The notes under the pieces are model-generated. The model saw only the letters and a program-made list of their open reading frames with translations, was not told where the DNA came from and ran no database searches. Source: Octopus sinensis (taxonomy: Eukaryota). From it: a stretch of DNA of 6,338 nt. The DNA lies in contig NW_021829263.1 in assembly GCF_006345805.1 (NCBI RefSeq), positions 1 through 6,338 of the forward strand. The letters are read 5' to 3'. A program made the translations under genes and the position numbers. Below, one piece after another: positions 1 to 6,312 of this stretch (positions are counted from its first letter, which is position 1; each line of letters opens with the position of its first letter).

Positions 1-93
1 CTTGTCGATATTAGCATCAGCCTCTACTTAACAGAAAAGATGTCCATATAAAATGTTTTTTTTTTTTTGACATCCAAGGTATTTCTCTCCAAA

Positions 94-276
94 GGCGCAG
101 GTATGGCTGAGTGGTGAGTAGCTTGCTTACCAACCACGTGGTTCTGGGTTCAGTCCCACTGCGTGGCACCTTGGGCAAGTGTCTTCTACTATAGCCTCGG
201 GCCGACTAAAGCCTTGTGAGTGGATTTGGTAGGCGGAAACTGAAAGAATCCCGTTGTATATATGTATATATATATA

Positions 277-320
<44 letters not shown>

Positions 321-561
321 GTGTGTGTGTGTGTGTGTGTGTTTGTGTGTCTGTGTTTGTCCCCCAACATCGCTTGACAACCGATGCTGGTATGTTAACG
401 TCCCCGTAACTTAGCGGTTCGGCAAAATAGAAACGATAGAATAAGTACTAGGCTTACAAAGAATAAGTCCTGGGGGGTCGATTTGCTCGACTAATAAAAG
501 GCGGTGCTCCAGCATGGCCACAGTCAAATGACTGAAGCAAGTAAAAGAATAAAAGAAAAAA
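94..561 (+). mobile_element. tRNA-derived SINE, family A, apparently full length (Pol III head, CORE-like segment, internal (TA)/(TG) microsatellite, A-rich tail)
   Basis: A-box TGGCTGAGTGG 104-114; B-box-like GGTTCAGTCCC 147-157; CCTTGGGCAAGT 169-180 resembles the CORE-SINE motif; microsatellite 257-342; ends AAAAGAATAAAAGAAAAAA. Homologous pieces recur at 690-860, 1323-1407, 1521-1672 and 3959-4002. No TSD seen. Confidence 0.85.
257..342. repeat. (TA)n followed by long (TG)n microsatellite inside SINE A
   Basis: Directly visible: TA run 257-277, TG run 279-342 with one extra T. Confidence 0.97.
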
Positions 562-689
562 GTGTCTTTGAATTATGTTAGTTCAGCACATTTTAGATTG
601 CAAGGAAATTCATTTTGAAGTGAGAACTTTTGGAAGAGTTCTCTTCCAATCTGCGGGATATTTATCATTTCAATTCTTAGCAGATTCTA

Positions 690-860
690 TCTTTTATCCT
701 TTATTAGTTTTAGTCATTAGACTTCGGCCATGCCGGGGCACAGCGTTGAAGAATGTTCAGTCGAATGAATAGACCCTAATACTTAATTTTTTTTTTTTTT
801 TTGGTAAGCCTGGTACTTATTCTACCGGTTTATTTTGCCGAAGAGCTAAGTTCCCGGGAG
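690..860 (-). mobile_element. SINE family A 3' (tail) half, diverged, with internal poly(A) expansion
   Basis: Reverse complement (...AACTTAGCTCTTCGGCAAAATAAACCGGTAGAATAAGTACCAGGCTTAC-A run-...GGCATGGCCGAAGTCTAATGACTAAAACTAATAAAGGATAAAAGA) aligns by eye to about 403-556. Confidence 0.85.
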
Positions 861-876
861 AAACTCAGACTCAAAG

Positions 877-892
877 ACACACACACACACAT

Positions 893-936
<44 letters not shown>

Positions 937-946
937 TATATATATA
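877..946. repeat. (CA)n then (TA)n microsatellite, the internal microsatellite of the minus-strand SINE A
   Basis: Visible; its order mirrors the (TA)(TG) tract of the + copy. Confidence 0.95.
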
Positions 947-1269
947 ATATAAGAAATATATTTCTTATTTTGATAATCAGTAAATAAACTTTACTGAATA
1001 TACATATATACAAATACGAAGTCGAGGCAAATATCACCAGCTGACCGTTGTCTGCTACTCTAGGCCGATGAAGGACAACGATCCTGAAACACGGTGCCCC
1101 TAGATGCAGTTCCGGCGGCCGGGGGTGTTTGTCTCCCCTTCGTATATGTATATAAGGACACAGGGAAAAAATGTGTCAAAGCTATCAGGAGGCGTTCGAT
1201 GCTTCCTAGGGCTATACAGCGGTGGTGTACCCCCTACTGTCACGTTCTGTTAGATTGACAGTATACAAT

Positions 1270-1274
<5 letters not shown>
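947..1274 (+). mobile_element. About 328-bp hammerhead-bearing insert (Penelope-like or retrozyme-like non-autonomous element candidate) nested in the (TA)n of a SINE
   Basis: Flanked by (TA)n on both sides; separates the tail (690-946) from the head (1323 onward) of one minus-strand SINE A; no terminal inverted repeats; contains a hammerhead-like motif and several hairpins. Confidence 0.6.
1052..1109 (+). ncRNA. Type I hammerhead ribozyme-like motif (variant or degenerate core)
   Basis: Stem I TCTAGG 1059-1064 / CCTAGA 1099-1104, extended by CTGC 1052-1055 / GCAG 1106-1109; core CCGATGA 1065-1071; stem II AGGA/TCCT with loop CAACGA; GAAAC 1086-1090; short stem III; triplet GCC 1096-1098 (canonical would be GTC). 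Confidence 0.65.

Positions 1275-1322
<48 letters not shown>
1275..1322. repeat. (TA)24 microsatellite
   Basis: Directly visible. Confidence 0.98.
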
Positions 1323-1327
<5 letters not shown>

Positions 1328-1407
1328 TACGACGGGCTTTTCAGTTTCCGTCTCTACCAAATCGAGCTTTGGTCGGCCGGATGCTATAGCAGAAAACACT
1401 TGCCCGA
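1323..1407 (-). mobile_element. Duplicated partial SINE A head/core fragment
   Basis: Near-identical to 1521-1598; reverse complement aligns to about 170-257. Confidence 0.85.
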
Positions 1408-1520
1408 GCTATCAGGAGGCGTTCGATGCTTCCTAGGGCTATACAGCGGTGGTGTACCCCCTACTGTCACGTTCTTGTTAGATTGACAGTATACAACCAT
1501 TCTATATATATATATATATA

Positions 1521-1672
1521 CGACGGGCTTCTTTCAGTTTCCGTCTACCAAATCGAGCTTTGGTCGGCCCGGTGCTATAGCAGAAAACACTTGCCCGAGG
1601 TGCCATGCAGTGGGACTGAACCCGAAACAATGAGGTTAGGAAACAAGCTTCTTATCACACAGCCACGCCTGT
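1521..1672 (-). mobile_element. SINE family A 5' (tRNA head and core) half
   Basis: Reverse complement AGGCGTGGCTGTGTGATAAGAAGCTTGTTTCC...GGGTTCAGTCCCACTGCATGGCACCTCGGGCAAGTG...GATTTGGTAGACGGAAACTGAAAGAAGCCCGTCG aligns to about 97-256, with a roughly 10-nt deletion shared by both duplicate units. Confidence 0.88.
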
Positions 1673-2044
1673 ATATGAATGATGTATTTGTTTTTGCTGG
1701 TGTCGTTCAGCAGATGATGTCTGAGTAATACTGCGACAATCAAAGTATTTTCGTTTGATTTCATGCCTTTTATTAATCTCATTCATTTTCAGATAAAGTC
1801 TATCAATATTCCCATTTCTATGCAAGTTTCCAATGAAAATTTGATGCCGAGATCTTGGTGGTGTGCTAAAGATTCTGCCACTTCGCCAACTTATCTTCAA
1901 TGGAATATTATAGCTTTCTAAACCAATAACCGATCATCACGACTCTCCCATCGGATATTCTTTTCCATTCAGTAGATTTGCAACTAAAGTCAGCAAAGTT
2001 ACGCTTGTCATGTATCCTTTACGAGTTAAACGATTAAGACTTAG

Positions 2045-2190
2045 ACTCCGATGTCTTTATATGGGATCAATTCCACAGGGTAAAGAATGGCTACAAGAGG
2101 GATCAAGTTGAACAGATACGCCAAGGAAACCGGGAAACCGGCCCTTATAGCTCGAGAAGAAATAAACAAAAACAACAACAACAACAACAA
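2045..2190 (+). mobile_element. Probable 3' end of a retroposon (LINE/SINE) ending in AATAAA and a (CAA)6 tail
   Basis: GC-richer GGAAACCGGGAAACCGGCCC segment, AATAAA 2161-2166, (CAA)6 2173-2190. Short-repeat tails are typical of RTE/CR1/L2-type elements. The 5' boundary is a guess. Confidence 0.45.
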
Positions 2191-2206
2191 TACTTGCCAT
2201 AGGCAT

Positions 2207-2424
2207 AAGGCGGCGGGATGGCAGAATCATTAGCACGCTGGGCAAAATGCTTAGCAGTAATTCGTCTGCATTCTAAATTCAAATTCCACCGAAGTCGTTT
2301 TTGCATTTCACCTGTTAGGGAGGTCGATAAAACAATTATCAGTTGAATCCTCGGACCGATGTAACTAACTTAACCCTTCCCCCTTAACCTTCTGGCCTGG
2401 TGCCAAAATTTGAAATCAATATTT
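2207..2424 (+). mobile_element. tRNA-derived SINE family B, diverged copy
   Basis: AAGGCGGCGGGATGGCAGAATCATTAGCACGCTGGGCAAAATGCTTAGC...AATTCAAATTCCACCGAAGTCG...GGTCGATAAAA aligns to the reverse complement of about 5340-5491; different tail ending GCCAAAATTTGAAATCAATATT. Confidence 0.75.
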
Positions 2425-3401
2425 CTTAGAAACATTTAATAATTACATTAACAAAAGTTTATGACTTTTCGCTCGTACTTAAGGGCAACTATTTTACCCA
2501 TGAACATTCTCTTATAATCGTGAAGTGTATTTACCACTTAAATGTGGCTAACCCTTAAGGTTGGATGCTACTGTAGCTTGTTGCTCCAGGAGGACACCTC
2601 CTCCAGCTGGCTATTGACACACTTTCTGTGCCCTCTCAGTATTTGCAAAGGGAAGCCATCCTTCCCATCTTCAATCTGACATGATACACACGGACTCGAG
2701 TTTCTGGGTATTGACCCGTCACTTATAATGCTTCCCATATATTTTTCACAGTCTGTCATAAAGGCATAGCTGATAATTCACGAAGTCCTCCTGTTTGTAT
2801 CTAATAATACCTAATAGGCCATTTTCTATTCACAAACTTGCCGAAGTTATAATATTTATGTCTTCCTTGCTTTTTTGTCTTTTCAAGACAGCTGGCTCAT
2901 TTGGAATTACTCCGTTTTGGTCGATCTATTTTATTGCTTCCTGTAGGTAAATAGAAATTAATTCCATCACAACACAGCAGGACATTCATTATTCAAAACA
3001 TTAGATCGCCAATTTGTGCCAAGCTTTATTTACCAACTTTTACCGAACACAAATAACATTGGACCAGCAGGTTTTCTCTCGATTTTTTTTTTTATCATAT
3101 TCGTTCGTTGTTCACTACGAAATTTGTCATAAACGTTAATGTGTGCTGTGTTTCGAGCTGTCTGTATCCTTTGCCCATTTCAGTTTTGGCCGTGAGTGTA
3201 TCCCCGTAATGTTAGCAGTTCTATTATTGTGCCATGGTTAAGAGTTGAAGATTTGGTCGTAGCTGAAGGTTTTAGCTGCTTTCTTAAGAGCTGAATCACG
3301 TGTGGTGCAGATAATATTCTGTCATGTGTATTTCTGATAATAGGTTTTACTCAGTTTAATGACATAAAACCAAAAGCAGAATGACACAAACACACACACA
3401 C

Positions 3402-3583
3402 ATGAAATAGAAGACTGAAAATAGACGTGAGATATGTAGGGAAATTGTATTTGTAGTTCCATTATTTAGGCAGAATTGTATACATATATGTGTACCATTC
3501 TGCCTAAATAATGGAACTATAGATACAATATCCCTGCATATCTCACGTCTGTTTTCATTCCTCCACTTCACTCTCTATTTCAT
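3402..3583. repeat. Long palindrome: 71-bp arms at 3416-3557 with no spacer, plus an outer 10-bp inverted repeat 3402-3411 / 3574-3583
   Basis: Checked base by base about centre 3486/3487: 64 Watson-Crick pairs, 5 G.T pairs, 2 mismatches (A3443/A3530, T3477/C3496). Outer ATGAAATAGA / TCTATTTCAT is perfect. Confidence 0.97.
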
Positions 3584-3626
3584 ATCTTATATAGAATAAC
3601 TATTGCTTAACCATTCACTCGCACCG

Positions 3627-3672
3627 TTTCCGATGAAGGGATATATAAAATATCCCAGAAACAGCTGTAAGA
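3627..3672 (+). ncRNA. Minimal type I hammerhead ribozyme-like motif of the Penelope-associated kind (variant or degenerate)
   Basis: CCGATGA 3630-3636; stem II GGGATAT 3638-3644 / ATATCCC 3650-3656 (A/A mismatch at its base); GAAAC 3658-3662; palindromic ACAGCTGT 3661-3668; GTA triplet 3667-3669; stem I only about 3 bp (TTT/AGA). Confidence 0.65.
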
Positions 3673-3737
3673 GCTTTTATTTATAAATGTTCTAAAATCT
3701 TTCACTGCCTTGGATTTTTATCTCCTTCTATTACTTT

Positions 3738-3955
3738 ATGTGTGTGATATATATATATATTATATATATAATATATTTTATATATATACGTATATATATC
3801 TATATGCAGGTATGTATATATACACACGTTAAATGGTACATAACATATATATATATATATATTATATATATATTATATATATATAACACATATGTGTATG
3901 CATTTTTATATGTATACGTGCGTGTATGTATGTGTGTATATATATAAATACATGT
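3738..3955. repeat. Degenerate (TA)n/(TG)n low-complexity tract
   Basis: Directly visible. Confidence 0.92.
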
Positions 3956-3958
3956 ATA

Positions 3959-4002
3959 GGTGAAGGTGTGACCGTGTGATAAGAAGTTTGCTTACCAACC
4001 AC
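3959..4002 (+). mobile_element. Head stub of SINE A running into (AC)n
   Basis: GGTGAAGGTGTGACCGTGTGATAAGAAGTTTGCTTACCAACCAC matches 94-137 and the reverse complement of about 1630-1670. Confidence 0.7.
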
Positions 4003-4050
4003 ACACACACACACACACACATACACACACATATATATATGTATGTAAGT
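4001..4050. repeat. (AC)n then (TA)n microsatellite
   Basis: Directly visible. Confidence 0.95.
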
Positions 4051-4089
4051 ATATATGTTTAAACACTCTTCTGTGTGTCAATTCATCTA

Positions 4090-4330
4090 CATATATGTGT
4101 GAGTGTTTGAGAGTGAGTGAGTATTTATGTGTGTATGTGTAAGTGTGTTTGTAGGTATATAAATACACCTCAGTAATCCCATATGCATGTATCTAAATAT
4201 ATAGAGATATGCATACGTAAGCATACAAATATATATGTATACATATATAATTATGAATATACATACACACACATAAACTTATACACACTCACACATATGT
4301 ACGTACGTACTTAATTACGTATGTACTTAT
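4090..4330. repeat. Degenerate TG/TA/CA low-complexity region
   Basis: Visible dinucleotide-derived sequence. Confidence 0.8.
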
Positions 4331-4486
4331 GCATGTCTGCATATATTGAAGTGCAGCTATTAATATATGCAGACCTAGAAGTGCAAGTGATCTCTATCTT
4401 GGTCTCCTCCTAATGAGGACATGCAGCTTCTTGATTAATTAATCCTGTTATGTCTGGAGCACAAGGATTGGCTTATGATTTGTATC

Positions 4487-4545
4487 ACAAACACGCACGC
4501 GCGCGCACACATGCGCATGCACGCAAACACGCCCGCCCGTACACG
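4487..4545. repeat. CA/CG alternating purine-pyrimidine tract
   Basis: ACACGCACGCGCGCGCACACATGCGCATGCACGC. Confidence 0.85.
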
Positions 4546-4603
4546 TGACGATATCTCCTTTTCTAGTACCTATCCCACTCGTTCTTCATCTACATAAAGG
4601 TTT

Positions 4604-4616
4604 ATATATTACCTAA

Positions 4617-4649
<33 letters not shown>

Positions 4650-4763
4650 ACACACGCACACACATACATATACATACAAACACACACACAGATACATACA
4701 CGCACACGCACACATTCACGCACACACACACATAGATAAACATATGTATATATGTATGTGTGT

Positions 4764-4764
<1 letters not shown>
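4604..4764. repeat. Compound (TA)n/(CA)n/(CATA)n microsatellite
   Basis: Directly visible. Confidence 0.92.

Positions 4765-4832
<68 letters not shown>
4765..4832. repeat. (TAGA)17 perfect tetranucleotide microsatellite
   Basis: Directly visible; abuts the SINE B array. Confidence 0.97.
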
Positions 4833-4833
<1 letters not shown>

Positions 4834-4835
<2 letters not shown>

Positions 4836-5491
4836 GATGAAAGGCAAACTCAGAATGTAAAGACAGACGAAATACCTATTTCTTTACTACCCACAAGTGG
4901 CTAAACACAGAAGGGACAAACAAGGACAGACAAACCGATTAAGTCGATTACATCGACCTCAGTGCGTAACTGGTACTTAATTTAACGACCCCGAAAGGAT
5001 GAAAGACAAAGTCGACCTTCGGCGGAATTTCAACTCAGAACGCAACGGCAGACGAAATACGGGTACGCATTTCGCCCGGCGTGCTAACATTTTGTATTTC
5101 TTTATTGCCCACAGGGGGCTAAACATAAAGGTATTAAGTCGATTATATCGACCCCAGTGTGTAACTGGTACTTAATTTATCGACCCCGAAAGGAGGAAAG
5201 GCAAAGTCGACCTCGGCGGAATTTGAACTCAGAACGCAGCGGCAGACGAAATACCTATTTCTTTAGTGCCCACAAGGGGCTAAAACACAGAGGAGAAAAA
5301 CAAGGACAGATAGACGGATTAAGTCAATTATATTGACCCCAGTGCGTAACTGGTACTTAATTTATCGACCCCGAAAGGATGAAAGGCAAAGTTGACCTTC
5401 GGCGGAATTTCATCTCAGAACGTAACGGTAGACGAAAAATACCCTAAGCATTTCGTCCGGTGTGTTAACGTTTCTACCAGCTCGCCGCCTT
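4834..5491 (-). mobile_element. Tandem array of SINE family B units: unit 0 4834-4876 (remnant), unit 1 4877-5088, unit 2 5095-5255, unit 3 5256-5491 (only one with full head)
   Basis: Repeated CTGGTACTTAATTTATCGACCCCGAAAGGATGAAAGGCAAAGTCGACC(T)TCGGCGGAATTT(G/C)AACTCAGAACG; minus-strand B-box GAGTTCAAATTCC; head AAGGCGGCGAGCTGGTAGAAACG at 5491; tail ...GCCCCTTGTGGGCA(A/C)TAAAGAAATA (units 2 and 3; unit 1 varies). The central segment reminds me of the Meta/MESC SINE domain (from memory, unverified). Confidence 0.9.
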
Positions 5492-5525
5492 CATTACATT
5501 CAAAATATTGAAATCTTGCAGTGTG

Positions 5526-5622
5526 GAAATGCTCTGTAGAAATTGTTCCCGTTTATTCATTACTCCTGAGTTTAAATCCCATCGAGGTATACCTTATCAT
5601 TCTTCATTAAAAGGTCGGTAAA
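5526..5622 (+). mobile_element. Old, highly diverged SINE B fragment
   Basis: GAAATGCT...CCTGAGTTTAAATCCCATCGAGGT...AAGGTCGGTAAA is colinear with the B head/core; lies head-to-head with the array. Confidence 0.5.
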
Positions 5623-6051
5623 CTAATTAATCATTTAACTCTCTGTCTAAAGCCTTTTCACAATTTTTTTCCGAAATGTCCATCCATGCTTCTTTTCAGA
5701 CTTTTACTTAACACCTGTTTCATACGTTCTGAGTAATATAAAGCTTTCCTTTCTGAAGATCGAAATTATTCTGGTGGTTCAAAAATTTATTAGGAATATG
5801 TATCACATATGAAGCAACGACACCAGTGACATATGTTCTACGTGCTACATGTGATGTGCAGGGCAGAGAAAGAGCTAAGTTATGTGGACAGTTCAATGAA
5901 GTAGTTCCCTAACCACGAGTTTCAGATCTTGTGATAATGTTGGATAAAATTACTTAGGGCAATGAACTGGTTGATTGTTTCAAAAACAAAAGTTCACCGA
6001 CAACGAGGCTGTGAGATATTAGCAGCACATGTACACATGTATACATACAAA

Positions 6052-6312
6052 GTAAAGACCCTTTTCGGTCACGATTGACCATGGGGGTTACACCTAGGAA
6101 ATTACCCTCAGGGGCATATGAGCCTCCCCTCTCGTGCCACCGATTTTATCTAAGGGAAAGGCAAAGGCCGATACAGCTTGGCACCAGTGACGTCGCGACT
6201 CATTTCTACAGCAAGTGTCTTGTTCAAGAACACAACACACAGCCGGGTCTGCGAATCGAACTCCCTATCTCATGCTTGTGAGCCCGAGGCTCTAACCACT
6301 GAAATATGTACC
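6052..6312 (-). mobile_element. tRNA-derived SINE family C with CORE-like segment
   Basis: Minus strand: TCAGTGGTTAGAGC (A-box region, 6289-6302), GAGTTCGATTCGC (B-box, 6251-6263), GTGTTCTTGAACAAGACACTT (CORE-like), tail with hairpin GGTCA-CGAT-TGACC at 6067-6080. Confidence 0.78.

Larger units (their letters stand above)
1181..1598 (+). repeat. Direct tandem duplication: unit 1 1181-1407 (227 bp), unit 2 1408-1598 (191 bp)
   Basis: Both units run GCTATCAGGAGGCGTTCGATGC...(TA)n...CACTTGCCCGA; the length difference is mostly (TA)24 versus (TA)9 plus small indels; AG microhomology at the junction. Confidence 0.95.

Noticed and set aside
94-160. tRNA genes (also at 6245-6310 and 5400-5491)
   Set aside because: They have A/B boxes but no cloverleaf, and continue into SINE bodies.
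1044-1095. Type III hammerhead as the primary fold of motif 1
   Set aside because: Stem III and the GUC triplet are good, but stem I would be only about 3 bp, versus 11 bp in the type I fold; kept only as a competing fold.
1796-1840. IFIGNLHRNGNIDRL on the minus strand resembles an RRM RNP2 motif
   Set aside because: No RNP1 or other RRM features follow and there is no nearby splice donor; likely chance.
2550-2690. GC-richer segment with small palindromes (GCTAC-T-GTAGC, GGAGG-ACA-CCTCC) that may be a repeat fragment
   Set aside because: No second copy in the window and no definable boundaries, so it is not supportable without a database search.
2715-2744. KYMGSIISDG on the minus strand resembles the LINE RT 'KYLG' region
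   Set aside because: There is an in-frame stop 7 codons upstream of the Met, no YADD-like motif and no downstream similarity.
3184-3191. Possible 8-nt microexon (TTTCAG|TTTTGGCC|GTGAGT)
   Set aside because: Not frame-preserving, and there is no evidence beyond common short motifs.
4092-4298. Imperfect foldback (TATGTGTGAGTGT / ACACTCACACATA) in the low-complexity region
   Set aside because: Expected when TG-rich and CA-rich degenerate microsatellites are neighbours.
4410-4460. CTAATGA with flanking stems as a third hammerhead
   Set aside because: The core lacks G5 and there is no GAAA.
4834-5491. CRISPR-like array
   Set aside because: The units are long SINE-derived repeats without unique spacers, in eukaryotic context with no cas genes.
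5753-5765. CTGAAGA-TC-GAAA as a hammerhead core
   Set aside because: Only 2 nt where stem II should be, and no stem I or III.
189-6281. All ORFs in the supplied track
   Set aside because: They are 61-100 aa and mostly translate microsatellites (HT, YI, CV runs) or SINE sequence; I recognise no domain.
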